Positions 50,163 to 60,770 are shown, counted from the first letter of the stretch. The stretch: 64,000 nucleotides of DNA from Candidatus Bathyarchaeota archaeon (GCA_963767735.1 CAVYES010000006.1:1-64000); one strand, 5' to 3'. The notes: a model not told the origin generated them from the letters alone. A program made the numbers and translations.

Positions 50163-51609
50163 ATGAAAGTAACAGTTGCATTGTTAGATAAGCAGCGAAA
50201 TAACGTGGTTGGGCGGGTTCTTGAGTTACTTCAAGCGTTGGGTGATGTGCGGACTTCGCATTTTGGGTTAGCTTCCCCAACGAAGAGTCTTTTTGACAAA
50301 AACCTCGACATCATGAGCAGGCAAGGCCTAATTTCATCAGCCATGGTTGGTTATGTTTCCTCAAAACCTAAAGCGGCGAGCGGCTACGAGTTTTTGCAGT
50401 TAGAGGATGAAACACTGTTTTTTGAAGGAAGAGTCTATTCGCCTATGCCCAAAGCCGCTGTCATGGAACAGGTTGCCAAGGAACCGCAGCACTGCGAAGC
50501 GCTCATGCAAAAATTAATCGCGGATGTCAGACGGAGACTATTCCTTCATCATCCTCAAGGACGGTTGGATTGGAGCTGGAAGAGACCCAGTTGGAGTTCA
50601 ACCGCTCTACTATGGCGAAAACCAAAGCATAGCCGCCATTGCCACAAACCGAAAAGCCCTATGGAAACTTGGAATAGAGAACCCCCTCTCTTTTCCGCCT
50701 GGAAACATTGCTTTTGTGAATCGTGAAGGCTTCCAGTTCAAACCCATCAAAATGCTGACTTTTGCAGAGCCCACGTCGATAACGTTGGATGAGGCAGCAA
50801 AGGGGCTTCAGGTTCTTTTGGAAGAATCAATTCGAAGACGCACGCGTGACGTGAAGGAGGTTGTGGTCGCTTTTTCAGGAGGCTTAGATAGCAGTTTAGT
50901 GGCTTATTTGGCAGATAAGGTTGGAATGAAAGTTAATTTGCTTCATGTTAGCATGGAAAACCAAGCTGAAACGGAAGAGGCTATTGAGGCATCAAACGGT
51001 TTGAATTTGCCGTTGCAGGTGCATTTGTTCAAGGATTCTGATGTGGAAAACACTTTGTCTAAAGCGGTGGCGCTGATTGAGGAGGCTGACCCGATTAAAG
51101 CCAGCGTCGGTTTGCCATTTTATTGGGCGGCAGAAGAAGCCTCTGAAGCAGGTTACCGTGTGATGTTGGCTGGTCAGGGTGCAGATGAACTGTTCGGAGG
51201 CTACCAACGCTACGTAACCGAATACTGCAAAGACGGAAGCGAAGCAGTCCGCAAAACAATGTTCAACGACGTGGTTAGGATTCATGAGAGCAATCTTGAG
51301 CGCGACCTCAAAATCACTGGTTTCCACGATGTCGAGTTGCGCTTGCCCTTTGCCTCGTTTGAGCTTGCCCAGTTTGCGTTGAGCCTGCCGATTGAATGCA
51401 AAATGGAGCATAACCCTGATACTTTGAGAAAGCTTGTTCTGCGTAAGGTAGCGTTGAATGTTGGCATGCCTGCATCGGTAGTAGATAAGCCAAAGAAAGC
51501 GGTGCAGTACTCCACAGGCATAAACGACGCCATCAAAAGGATAGCAAAGAAACAGGGCAAAACAGTCAACGAATACATAGGAGAGCTTTTTCAAGAATCC
51601 AAACGCTGA
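50163..51609 (+). CDS. asnB: Asparagine synthetase B-like protein; 1-nt insertion near 50527
   Basis: RDPVGVQPLYY, FSGGLDSS, GQGADELFGGY, LR.PF, KKAVQYSTG; degenerate N-terminal glutaminase domain. Confidence 0.8.
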
Positions 51610-51871
51610 GCTTTTGGTTTTTCTTTAGGAATCCGTAGTATTAATTGGTCCGTGCCTCTTTGTCGAAAAAATGTTACCTTACGGTATTATACTAAACGGT
51701 ATAATTTTGGAGGTCGCTTCATTCTCTGGAAAAAGGTTCTGAATAATTTGCTTAAGGTAAAGCTTCATCTCACGTGAATTTGTCTCTTTAACTTTTTTTA
51801 CAATTCAACCTAAACCCAAAATAAGCCCTAAATCAAAAAACAACCACAAAAAACCGCCCAAAACGACGGGC

Positions 51872-53191
51872 TTATGGCGTTAACCTGACTTTGTCACGTG
51901 GATACAGAGTTACTTCACGGATGTTCTTTTTCCCAGTTAAAATCATCGTTAACCGCTCAAGCCCAATGCCCCATCCAGCGTGAGGCGGCATCCCGTAATC
52001 GAAGGCTTGAAGATGGTACTTGAACGATTCAGGGTTAAGCCCCTTCTCAGTCATCCTTTGGATAAGCTGGTCTTTCTGGCTAATTCTCGTGCCGCCCGAC
52101 ACCAACTCGATGTAGCGCCACATTAAGTCAAAGCCCTCGCAAATCTCCGGCTTATCCTCGCGCGGTTTAATGTAGAACGCCTTCGCGTGCGTCGGCCAAT
52201 CGGTTATAAAATAGAAGAACGGGTACAGTTTGGCTAGTTCTCTGAAGGCTTCAGTGGGTATGTCTTCGCCCCAGGGAATCACCACGCCCTGCGCTTTGAG
52301 GTCTTCCAGCACTTGGGTGTAGGTTAAACGTTTAAACGGGATCTCTGGGATTTCGAACTTGTATTTGAGCACTGAAAGCTCGCTGACACACTTCTCCCTT
52401 ACCGTAACGCAAGTGTGATGGATAACCTGTTCCAGAAGCGCCATGACGTCTTGAGCGTTCGCAAAAGCCTCCTCGATGTCAACGGAAGTGAATTCGCTTA
52501 GGTGCCTGCGCGTGTGTGATTCTTCCGCCCTAAAGAAAGGTCCAACCTCAAAGACCTTCTCAAAGCTCAACGTTAACTCCTCTTTGTAGAGCTGTGGACT
52601 CTGGGCGAGGTATGCTTTCTGCTCAAAATACTTGACGCTGAAAAGCTCTGCGCCGCCTTCAGTTGCGGAGCCAATGATGCGCGGAGTGTGAACCTCCAAG
52701 AATCCCTTTTCATACAGGAAGCTTCGTATCGCAGCAAGAGCGGTATGCTGAATTTTAAAAGCCGCTAAATTCTTTTCTTGGGTAAGATCCAGCGCTCTTG
52801 CGTCCAAGCGAGCTTCTATGTTGGCTGGAGTTTTCCCCGTTATGTCTATGGGCAATTGTTCGTTTGCAGTGCTCAAAACTTTGATGCCGGAGGGGACTAC
52901 TTCTATGCCCCGGGGCGTCATGTTAGTTTTCTTAACCGTTCCCTTAACGGCTAAACTGAATCTTTTCTGCAGCAAATCAGACTTAGCTAAAACTTCTGGA
53001 GCAATACGTTTTTTAGGAATCGTAATTTGGATGGTTCCTTCTCGGTCTTGAAGGATAATAAAGCGGATGCCGCCTAAATCGCGGATTTCTTGAACCCAAC
53101 CGAAAAGAGTCACTTCTTGCCCGTCAATTTCTGGTGTAACAGCGCTTGTATAGTGGCTTCTAGTCCAGTCACCGATAGAGTTCAAGTTCAT
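51872..53191 (-). CDS. aspS: Aspartate--tRNA ligase (archaeal type)
   Basis: GWVQEIRDLGG, EGGAELF, LAQSPQLYK, FRAE, GMPPHAG, YPRD. Confidence 0.95.
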   Translation of the reverse strand: MNLNSIGDWTRSHYTSAVTPEIDGQEVTLFGWVQEIRDLGGIRFIILQDREGTIQITIPKKRIAPEVLAKSDLLQKRFSLAVKGTVKKTNMTPRGIEVVPSGIKVLSTANEQLPIDITGKTPANIEARLDARALDLTQEKNLAAFKIQHTALAAIRSFLYEKGFLEVHTPRIIGSATEGGAELFSVKYFEQKAYLAQSPQLYKEELTLSFEKVFEVGPFFRAEESHTRRHLSEFTSVDIEEAFANAQDVMALLEQVIHHTCVTVREKCVSELSVLKYKFEIPEIPFKRLTYTQVLEDLKAQGVVIPWGEDIPTEAFRELAKLYPFFYFITDWPTHAKAFYIKPREDKPEICEGFDLMWRYIELVSGGTRISQKDQLIQRMTEKGLNPESFKYHLQAFDYGMPPHAGWGIGLERLTMILTGKKNIREVTLYPRDKVRLTP

Positions 53192-53207
53192 GCCTGACCG
53201 CCAATCC

Positions 53208-53717
53208 TTAATCTGCGATTTCTACGCGCAAGGACATTTTACGTACTTTACTGGCGATTTCCTTTAAAGCTTTAAGGTCAAAAGGCAACTGTGCGCCACG
53301 TTTCCTCTTCAGGATAACTCTGGTTTCAGTGGTTCCGTCTGGAAGCCAAATCGTGTTGATCGTCAGTATGCTAAAGGGCATGAATAGGTCCTCTAAGAAT
53401 TTGCGGTCATCAACACCATACTCTAACACTCGAACATTCTTGCCTGTTTCGTCGCTCAGCGCTTTGATAATCTTTCCACTATAACCTAAAAGTCTTGGCA
53501 CATCTCCATGCCCAACGATGATGGCTAAAGTTTTTTCCACCTCAATTGCCCTATAGAAACACATACTTTGCAAGGAAGGATACTTCTCTTCTAGGGAGAG
53601 CAGTAAACGGGCTACTTTCAGGTCCATCTGACTGATCTCGCCAGATTTTACCTTCGCCGAGCATTTTTGGCATAGAATGCCGCTTTTTAAGCAGAAACTG
53701 CATAGTTCCGTTTTCAT
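53208..53717 (-). CDS. NusA-like KH protein with N-terminal Cys cluster
   Basis: CSFCLKSGILCQKC, LLGYSGKIIK KH motif, INTIWLPDGT. Confidence 0.85.
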   Translation of the reverse strand: MKTELCSFCLKSGILCQKCSAKVKSGEISQMDLKVARLLLSLEEKYPSLQSMCFYRAIEVEKTLAIIVGHGDVPRLLGYSGKIIKALSDETGKNVRVLEYGVDDRKFLEDLFMPFSILTINTIWLPDGTTETRVILKRKRGAQLPFDLKALKEIASKVRKMSLRVEIAD

Positions 53718-53750
53718 TGTGTGTCGTTTTTCCTGCAAATAGGAGTTTGG

Positions 53751-54041
53751 CTACTGCTTGTTTCCCCTTATTAATGTTATTTCTATTGTGCTTACGTTAA
53801 CGGTCGTTTCGCTTTCTTCCTGTGGTAATAGTTTGTCTGTTCCGATGCCTATGTTTTTGATTTTTACGTCAGGGAGAAACCTGTGCCTAACAACTTCAGC
53901 AACGTCTATTGCTCGGCTGATGGATTTTCCCCGTGCCTTTATGCTTACTTCTTTTGCTCCGCCGTGAAAGAAAGTGATGCATGCGAGTACATAGTTCATT
54001 ATTGGTTTTTTTCCGATTAAGACAGCGTCGGCATCAGTCAC
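53751..54041 (-). CDS. albA: Second Alba paralog
   Basis: [36 protein letters not shown]. Confidence 0.95.
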   Translation of the reverse strand: MTDADAVLIGKKPIMNYVLACITFFHGGAKEVSIKARGKSISRAIDVAEVVRHRFLPDVKIKNIGIGTDKLLPQEESETTVNVSTIEITLIRGNKQ

Positions 54042-54089
54042 GTCTTCGCTTCACTCCTAGTTACTTTTTAAGTGGCTTCAGTAAACTTT

Positions 54090-54224
54090 TTTTGAAAATA
54101 AATACATTGTGGTATAGGTTCAATGTTCTATCTAGGCGTTCGCAAACTGGTTGCAGCTGTTTGCTGTTTTTTGTTTATCCAGTACCACAGTTTATTTCTA
54201 AAACACAAGCTGTCTTGGGCTTGT
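54090..54224. ncRNA. Candidate structured RNA or alba leader
   Basis: Nested stems AAATAAA/TTTATTT, TGTGGTA/TACCACA, GCAAAC/GTTTGC plus hairpin ACAAGC/GCTTGT. Confidence 0.35.
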
Positions 54225-54407
54225 AAAAAATCAGCCCCCTATTTAAGAAGCCAAATTAATCACCTTCGCAAATGATGAAACCCTAAATTGTTAGAGAGCG
54301 CCTTCTTTTTTGGTGTATCCTTATCTTGTTTTTGACGGTTTTGGCAACACCAAATTCTTAAGCAACCTCATTATTGTAAACGTTTAACTTAACAAAACAT
54401 CACATAA

Positions 54408-54875
54408 GTGATCAATTTGGAGCCATTAACTAAACGTTCAATTCAACTCTTAAAAACATTGTATGAGAAAGGGAAATCTACTAACACCTATACGCTGAAG
54501 GTAAAGCAAGACGAATTATCAAGCCAATTGGGAGTCAGTAGACAAGCTTTAAACGTGCACTTGCGCAAACTAAAAAATCGAGGCTACATTCGAACTGGCA
54601 GAGGCTTCATAGACGTCACTGATAAAGGATTGAATGCTCTGGGCGTATCCACTACTCCAGCCTTTATTCTGCTCAAGGTTTCACCAATTAAGCGAATACA
54701 TGTTTATGAGCAAATTCGTGATCTTGCCGTTTCTAGAGCTTTCCGGATAGCTGGCGAAGTAGACGCATTAATAATTGTTGAGCGCGATAACCTTGACGAA
54801 ATTCTAAAGAAACTCTATGACATAGACGGAATCGAAGATACACGTTCTTATGTCACGATTGAGGAAATTAAATAG
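54408..54875 (+). CDS. Lrp/AsnC-type regulator (wHTH plus RAM domain)
   Basis: QDELSSQLGVSRQALNVHLRKL HTH; RIAGEVD, IDGIEDTRS RAM motifs. Confidence 0.85.
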   Translation: MINLEPLTKRSIQLLKTLYEKGKSTNTYTLKVKQDELSSQLGVSRQALNVHLRKLKNRGYIRTGRGFIDVTDKGLNALGVSTTPAFILLKVSPIKRIHVYEQIRDLAVSRAFRIAGEVDALIIVERDNLDEILKKLYDIDGIEDTRSYVTIEEIK

Positions 54876-54883
54876 GGACAGTT

Positions 54884-56023
54884 TTGAATTTATTTGAGTA
54901 TGAAGCAAAACAAGAGTTTTCAAAGCATAATATTTCTATTCCAAAGGGCAAATTGGTAACTAAACTGGCCCAAACAGCTGAGGCGATTGCTGACCTTAAG
55001 CCGCCTTACATGGTGAAAGCACAAGTTTTAGTTGGCGGAAGAGGAAAAGCAGGCGGAATCCTATCTGTTACAACGGAAAAAGAAGCGGAAGAAGCCGCCG
55101 TTAAACTTCTTGGGGCACCAATAAGAGGTTTGATTGTTAAGCAGGTGCTAATAGAAGAAAAAATTCCAATCCGCAAAGAACTGTACTTGGGAATTGCGGT
55201 TGACCGCTCTAACCAAAGCTACGTTGCCCTAACTTCTGCAATAGGCGGAGTAGAAATCGAGGAAACAGCCAGTAAAACACCAAAAGCAATCATCCGAACC
55301 CTTATTGACTCCCAATTAGGCATGCGTTCTTTCCACTCACTGGCAATAGCAAAACAGTTAGGTTACAGCGGCAATCAACTTGTACAATTATCAACCATTA
55401 TCCAGAAGCTATACCAAGTTTGCATAGATAACGATGCTGAAATAGCTGAGATTAACCCGTTAGCCGAGACAGAAACAAGAGACTTCGTTGCACTAGATGC
55501 TCGAATGGTAATTGATGATAATGCCCTGTTTAGGCATCCCGAATATGAGGCAAGAGAAACCCAAACGCTCTCGCTTCAAGAGGCTTTGGCATTAAAGAAT
55601 AATTTGGCTTACGTTAAACTTGACGGCGACATAGGCGTGGTAGGCAATGGCGCTGGGCTGGTTATGGCTACGCTTGATTTGCTGAATTTTTTTGGAGGTA
55701 AACCAGCAAACTTTTTGGATTTAGGCGGTGGAGCAACTATTGATGCAATAGCGGTGGCTTTGCAGATTGTTTTTGCTGAACCAGATATCAAAGTCATACT
55801 GGTCAATGTTCTTGGAGGAATAACTCATTGTGATGATGTTGCTCGGGGCATTGTTGAGGCAGCAAACGAGGCTAAAGTTAAGAAACCGTTAGTTGTTAGA
55901 CTGGTGGGTACAAACCAGCAAGAAGGCGAAAAAATACTTGCCGAAGCCGGCATCAGCGTCTTAGTCAGCATGGAAGACGCAGCAAAACAAGCCGTTGAAA
56001 TTACCCGTGGAGCGCAACCTTAA
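54884..56023 (+). CDS. sucC: Succinyl-CoA synthetase beta subunit
   Basis: EYEAK, KAQV..GGRGKAGG, EINPL, GNGAGL.MAT.D, ANFLD.GGG. Confidence 0.95.
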   Translation: MNLFEYEAKQEFSKHNISIPKGKLVTKLAQTAEAIADLKPPYMVKAQVLVGGRGKAGGILSVTTEKEAEEAAVKLLGAPIRGLIVKQVLIEEKIPIRKELYLGIAVDRSNQSYVALTSAIGGVEIEETASKTPKAIIRTLIDSQLGMRSFHSLAIAKQLGYSGNQLVQLSTIIQKLYQVCIDNDAEIAEINPLAETETRDFVALDARMVIDDNALFRHPEYEARETQTLSLQEALALKNNLAYVKLDGDIGVVGNGAGLVMATLDLLNFFGGKPANFLDLGGGATIDAIAVALQIVFAEPDIKVILVNVLGGITHCDDVARGIVEAANEAKVKKPLVVRLVGTNQQEGEKILAEAGISVLVSMEDAAKQAVEITRGAQP

Positions 56024-56899
56024 ATGGGCATAATAATTAACGCTGACACGAAGGCGATTGTTCAGGGCATCACTGGGAAACAGGGCAGCTACCAAACCAA
56101 ACTCATGCTTGATTACGGAACCAAAATAGTGGCTGGAGTAGTTCCGGGCAAAGGCGGAACCTCAGTTAATGGAGTCCCCGTTTATGATACCGTTAAAGAA
56201 ACTGTTGAGGCGTATTCGCCTAATGCTTCAATAATTTTTGTGCCAGCGCCGTTCGCTCAAGATGCAGTTCTAGACGCTATCGCTAATAAAATCAAGACAA
56301 TAGTTGTGGTTACCGAGCATTTGCCGATAAAAGACACAATAAACCTAATGGCTTACGCAAATCAGTCGCAAGTCACTATTATTGGTCCTAACACACCTGG
56401 AATAATAACTCCTGGAGAGTGCAAACTTGGAATAATGCCAGCCAGCATCTTCAAGTCTGGCAGCGTTGGCGTGATTTCAAGAAGTGGCACTTTAACCTAT
56501 GAAATAGCGGCAGGGCTTACAGCCAACGGTTTAGGACAATCAACCTGCCTTGGCGTCGGCGGTGACCCTATTGTGGGCTTAAATTTTATTGAAGCCTTAG
56601 AATTATTCAGAGAAGACCCAGAGACTAAGGCGATAGTTTTGATTGGTGAAATCGGCGGTAACGTGGAAGAATTAACGGCAGAGTACATAGCACAAGAACG
56701 TTACCCCAAGCCGATTGTGGCTTATATGGCTGGACGATTTGCGCCGTCTGGCAAGCGGATGGGTCACGCGGGAGCCATAATAATGGGCAAGCAGGGTACT
56801 GCACAAAGCAAAATTGAAGCTTTAACAAACGCTGGAGTTAAAGTGGCTGAAACGCCTAGTGATGTGACAGAGCTCTTGATTAAGGCACTTTTGCGTTAA
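56024..56899 (+). CDS. sucD: Succinyl-CoA synthetase alpha subunit
   Basis: QGITG, GPNTPG, SRSGTLTYE, GEIGG, RMGHAGA. Confidence 0.96.
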   Translation: MGIIINADTKAIVQGITGKQGSYQTKLMLDYGTKIVAGVVPGKGGTSVNGVPVYDTVKETVEAYSPNASIIFVPAPFAQDAVLDAIANKIKTIVVVTEHLPIKDTINLMAYANQSQVTIIGPNTPGIITPGECKLGIMPASIFKSGSVGVISRSGTLTYEIAAGLTANGLGQSTCLGVGGDPIVGLNFIEALELFREDPETKAIVLIGEIGGNVEELTAEYIAQERYPKPIVAYMAGRFAPSGKRMGHAGAIIMGKQGTAQSKIEALTNAGVKVAETPSDVTELLIKALLR

Positions 56900-56994
56900 G
56901 ATTGGCTTTTTCTGTAAATTGCAAAGTTAAGACAAAAGGTATATTTGATACTTAACCATCAAAGACTTAGCCAAAATGGACGGTTAACAATAAT

Positions 56995-57156
56995 ATGCCA
57001 ATATTAGACCCAGTTAAAAAGGCAATAGCGCAGAAGCACAGGTTATACATGAAAATCTGCAGAGACTGCGGCGCACGTAACGCTGAAACCGCAGTGAAAT
57101 GCCGAAAATGTAAAGGCAAAAACCTGCGCTGGAAGAAACGAGAAATAGTAAAGTAA
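56995..57156 (+). CDS. rpl40e: 50S ribosomal protein L40e (53 aa; not in ORF track)
   Basis: MPILDPVKKAIAQKHRLYMKICRDCGARNAETAVKCRKCKGKNLRWKKREIVK. Confidence 0.93.
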   Translation: MPILDPVKKAIAQKHRLYMKICRDCGARNAETAVKCRKCKGKNLRWKKREIVK

Positions 57157-57217
57157 AGAAAGAGCTTATTTTTATTTTACTTTTATCTTCGTAACTCAGC
57201 TTCCTAAATCTCTTATT

Positions 57218-57832
57218 TTACAACGTTTTTATCAGCGTTTCCATGTTGAAAAAAGTGTTGGCGCAGCCGTTCTTTAGCAACGGAACAGATTGCCAAGCCA
57301 TGCCCATGCTACTCAGCTTTTCGCCAGACATCATCACTTCTGGACCGCATGCAACACCTACAACCCCCTCATACTTCTTTTGCTTCAAAATATTAGGCAC
57401 ACAAGAACCACCAGATAAAACGTAAACGTCGTAACCTTTCTCTCTGGCAATGCCTTCCGCCTTGTTGACAAAACAGTCAGGTGAGCAATGAGCACAAACG
57501 TAAGAGTTCAAGCTCGGCTCAAAAACGGCTTGGCATTGACTATCCATGTATTTCCTACAACAGTGGGGAAGGAACAGAGCCCTCTTTTTGGTCTGCAGAA
57601 ATTCCTTTTTTTGTACCAAGTTCAAAGTTTGCATTTTAAGGAGGTCTTGAATTAGCACCACGGCATCTTGGATGTCAAGTCCTGAAACTTCCTGGATTCT
57701 GAATTTTCTGATTAATTCCTGTAAGGTTTTCTCAAAAACCTTCTGCATGCCCATTTGGTTGCCGACAATGGCGAGTTCTATGAAAAAGTGCTGCGGCGCC
57801 TTTGAGATGTCGAAAGTAAACTTATAGGGCAT
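57218..57832 (-). CDS. DUF116 Cys-rich protein, copy 2
   Basis: LFLPHC, C..CSPDC, GGS, GVAC, PLLKNGC. Confidence 0.85.
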   Translation of the reverse strand: MPYKFTFDISKAPQHFFIELAIVGNQMGMQKVFEKTLQELIRKFRIQEVSGLDIQDAVVLIQDLLKMQTLNLVQKKEFLQTKKRALFLPHCCRKYMDSQCQAVFEPSLNSYVCAHCSPDCFVNKAEGIAREKGYDVYVLSGGSCVPNILKQKKYEGVVGVACGPEVMMSGEKLSSMGMAWQSVPLLKNGCANTFFNMETLIKTL

Positions 57833-58023
57833 AAATCAAAATGAATAAAGATCCAAACTTAAAAAGAATATCTCTTATGGAGGGTGAGGAAACACATTTT
57901 TGCTTTAGCAAGGAAGCGTGCTTTAGATCATTTATCTCACTGATTTAGGCGCAGCTGGCAAAAAATGACGCTTCTAAAAAGAAAAGTGGCAACCATTAAC
58001 CCACGCAATGAGCAGGCTCGAAA

Positions 58024-58638
58024 CTATAGAGTTTTCACGAGAGTTTCCATATTAAATACTGTATTTGCACATCCATTCTTTAACAACGGTATAGCTTGCC
58101 CGGCTACATTTAAGCTGTTCAAAAATGGCTCCAGCACTCTCATTTCTTCTCCACACGCAATTCCCACTACGCCTTCGTAATGTGTATTCTTCAGAATCTT
58201 GGGTATGCATGAGCCGCCTGGTACCACGTAAACGTCATATCCTTTTCCCCGAGCCAAGCAGTCAGACTGGCTAACTAAGCAGTCTTTTGAACAGTGGGCG
58301 CATGAGTATGACGGGATATCTGAATTAAAAACTGCTTTGCAGCGTCCGTCTAAGTACTTTCTTGTGCAGTGAGAAAGAAAGAGAGCTCTTTTCTTGGTCT
58401 GCAAGAATTTGCCTCTCTCTATCATGTTTACTGCCTGTAAATCAATAAAGTCCTGAAGCAAGACTAAGGAATCAGAAAGATTTAGTCCCGTAGCCTCTTG
58501 TATTCTGAACCTTATAATAATTTCCTGTAATTTTTTAATTAATGTTTTATGCATGCCCTTCTGGTAACTCACCGTCGCAATTTCGGTGAAGAAGAAACGC
58601 GGTACCTTTGACAAGTCGAAAGTAAATTTATAGGGCAT
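58024..58638 (-). CDS. DUF116 Cys-rich protein, copy 1
   Basis: Same motifs and same length (204 aa) as its neighbour. Confidence 0.85.
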   Translation of the reverse strand: MPYKFTFDLSKVPRFFFTEIATVSYQKGMHKTLIKKLQEIIIRFRIQEATGLNLSDSLVLLQDFIDLQAVNMIERGKFLQTKKRALFLSHCTRKYLDGRCKAVFNSDIPSYSCAHCSKDCLVSQSDCLARGKGYDVYVVPGGSCIPKILKNTHYEGVVGIACGEEMRVLEPFLNSLNVAGQAIPLLKNGCANTVFNMETLVKTL

Positions 58639-58699
58639 GTATTTAGCTAAGCTATTATGATGCTTAAATAAATAGCTGCGTCTATGTAAGAATTAACAG

Positions 58700-58987
58700 T
58701 TATTTCTTTTCCAAGTCCAAGAGGTCTTTAACGGCTTTCAGCTCTTCTCGGAGTTGCTCTACTTCTGCTTCAAGGTCGCTGGCTTTTAACTCCGCATCTT
58801 TCTTAGCGGTCTCTAGACCACTCAGCAATTCAGGTTTTGAATCAAGCTTTTCTAGTTTCTGCTGTAGATCAGCTAAATTTTGTCTAAGCCCTAACTGTAT
58901 TTCCTTAAGTCTTCCAATTAACTCTTCTACTTTTGGCGTTTCTAACGTTTTTTTGTTGGACTTAGCCATCTGTCTAAACACTTCCAT
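58700..58987 (-). CDS. Coiled-coil hypothetical protein
   Basis: Heptad L/E/K-rich sequence, downstream of tfb. Confidence 0.7.
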   Translation of the reverse strand: MEVFRQMAKSNKKTLETPKVEELIGRLKEIQLGLRQNLADLQQKLEKLDSKPELLSGLETAKKDAELKASDLEAEVEQLREELKAVKDLLDLEKK

Positions 58988-59012
58988 TGAAAAGAAAAAT
59001 TGAAAGAGCTTA

Positions 59013-59978
59013 TTAGATGCTTATTTCGAACATTAACCGTTCAACGAGTTCCTTGTACCTGTTCCGAATAGTAACCTCAGTCACCTGCGCAATCTCAGCG
59101 ATTTCCCTCTGCGTCTTCCGTTCACCTGTCAAAACTGACGCTACGTAACTTGCTGCCGCCGCAATTCCGGTTGGTCCTCTTCCTGATGTTAGTTTAAGTT
59201 CTTTTGCTGCGGCTAAGATTTTGTGGGCGATTTCTTCAACTTTTCCCTGCATCGTCAGTTGATTAGAAAACTTTGTTATGTACTGGCTTGGCCTAAGTGG
59301 TGGAATTGAATAGTTTAGTTCTCTGATTAAGAAACGGTAGCTTCTGCCGACTTCTTTCTTGTTTACACTTGATGCCTGAGCGATTTCGTCTAAAGTTCGA
59401 GGTAAGGCACATTGTCTGCACGCCAAGTAAATCGCTGCCGAAGTAACACCCTGAATTGACCTGCCTCGAATTAGCCGTTCTTTTACTGCTTTTCGGTAAA
59501 TTACTGAGGCTGTTTCAAGAATGTTTTTTGGAAGGTTCAAGTTGTTAGAAATCTTTGTTATTTCAGAAAGTGCAAATGCCAAGTTGCGTTCTGTGGCGTC
59601 TGAAACTCTGATGCGTCTTTGCCATTTCCTAAGACGATAAACTTGCGCTTTCTGCCCGGGAGAGAGACTTTTACCATAAATGTCTCGATCATGCCAATCG
59701 ATGGTTGTTGATAAACCTTTATCGTGGATTGTGTATGTTAAGGGCGCTCCAACTCTGGTTCGCTTTGACCTTTGCTCATCATCGAAGGCTCTCCACTCTG
59801 GTCCTCGGTCAGCTATTTTGGCTGCTACTACGAAACCGCAGTCCATGCACACTATTTCGGCGCATTCATAATCGCGCATAAGCCTGGTGCTGCCACATTC
59901 AGGGCATGATTGTATTTTGGCAGGTTCTGTTTTTACAGATTGGTCTGTCTCTTCATGTAACTCGGTATTTTTAATCAT
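59013..59978 (-). CDS. tfb: Transcription initiation factor IIB
   Basis: CPECG..C..CG Zn ribbon, GPEWRAF, HDKGLST, cyclin repeats, [12 protein letters not shown]. Confidence 0.97.
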   Translation of the reverse strand: MIKNTELHEETDQSVKTEPAKIQSCPECGSTRLMRDYECAEIVCMDCGFVVAAKIADRGPEWRAFDDEQRSKRTRVGAPLTYTIHDKGLSTTIDWHDRDIYGKSLSPGQKAQVYRLRKWQRRIRVSDATERNLAFALSEITKISNNLNLPKNILETASVIYRKAVKERLIRGRSIQGVTSAAIYLACRQCALPRTLDEIAQASSVNKKEVGRSYRFLIRELNYSIPPLRPSQYITKFSNQLTMQGKVEEIAHKILAAAKELKLTSGRGPTGIAAAASYVASVLTGERKTQREIAEIAQVTEVTIRNRYKELVERLMFEISI

Positions 59979-60235
59979 TCATTTTTGCTCCGTTTCGTTT
60001 TCGAGAGGAGCAAGTACACCGGTTTATTCAATAGTTTAGCGGGTTCCCTGACAGTTGGTTTAACGACTGCATAAGGAGCAGACACTGGACCGATAATGTC
60101 AAAAACTTTACCCACAACACTTAAGCTTTCATCAACAACTTCTGAGCCAATTCTAGGCGCTTTCTCAGTCTTAACAATCATGTTTTTTGACGGAGTTAAC
60201 GCCCGCACCCTGCCCAATCTTTGCAAACGCGCCAT
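59975..60235 (-). CDS. gar1: H/ACA RNP protein Gar1
   Basis: [13 protein letters not shown]; typical gar1-tfb linkage. Confidence 0.88.
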   Translation of the reverse strand: MARLQRLGRVRALTPSKNMIVKTEKAPRIGSEVVDESLSVVGKVFDIIGPVSAPYAVVKPTVREPAKLLNKPVYLLLSKTKRSKNE

Positions 60236-60389
60236 TCCCCTCTCGCAAAACATGTAGGTGACCGTAGGAGCTTATTTAAAGCTTTCTAAAGGCTTTATAA
60301 GCTGAACGATTTAGACTGACATTTTTTAGTCGAAAGCTTCTTAAATAAGAAGTGTGGATAAGACTGTGCCTTAAAAGGGTGAGGCTAAT

Positions 60390-60770
60390 ATGTCCAAACC
60401 ATTCTATGTAAAATATGAAGTACCGAAAGAAATCGTAGATGCAGCCTATGAAGCCCTAACGATTGCTTCTAAATCAGGAGTTGTTAGGAAAGGAACAAAC
60501 GAGGCAACAAAAGCTGTTGAGCGATCTCAAGCAAAACTTGTCGTAATAGCTGAAGATGTTGATCCGCCAGAAGTGGTAGCGCATTTACCTCTTCTCTGCG
60601 AAGAAAGAAAAATTCCATACGTGTTCGTTCCAAATAAAGACAAACTAGGCAACGCAATAGGCATAGACGTCCCATGCGCAGCAGCGTGCATTCTCAAGGA
60701 AGGCGAAGCCGCAGGATTAATCAAAGAAATCGTTACTCGGATTGACCAGGTTAAACGAGGATCTCAGTAA
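60390..60770 (+). CDS. rpl7ae: 50S ribosomal protein L7Ae
   Basis: [28 protein letters not shown]. Confidence 0.97.
   Translation: MSKPFYVKYEVPKEIVDAAYEALTIASKSGVVRKGTNEATKAVERSQAKLVVIAEDVDPPEVVAHLPLLCEERKIPYVFVPNKDKLGNAIGIDVPCAAACILKEGEAAGLIKEIVTRIDQVKRGSQ

Noticed and set aside
14962-51609. Split genes (thermosome, trpB2, NAD kinase, tes, epimerase, asnB) as programmed frameshifting or genome decay
   Set aside because: The breaks are mostly 1-2 nt indels, often in homopolymers, share no slippery motif, and hit essential genes with otherwise intact motifs. Sequencing or assembly error is the simplest explanation. The NAD kinase gene, with 3-4 indels, could still be a true pseudogene.
60350-60392. 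K-turn in the rpl7ae 5' UTR (known autoregulation in archaea)
   Set aside because: A small CCTT/AAGG hairpin and GTGA are present, but a convincing tandem G-A K-turn could not be drawn.
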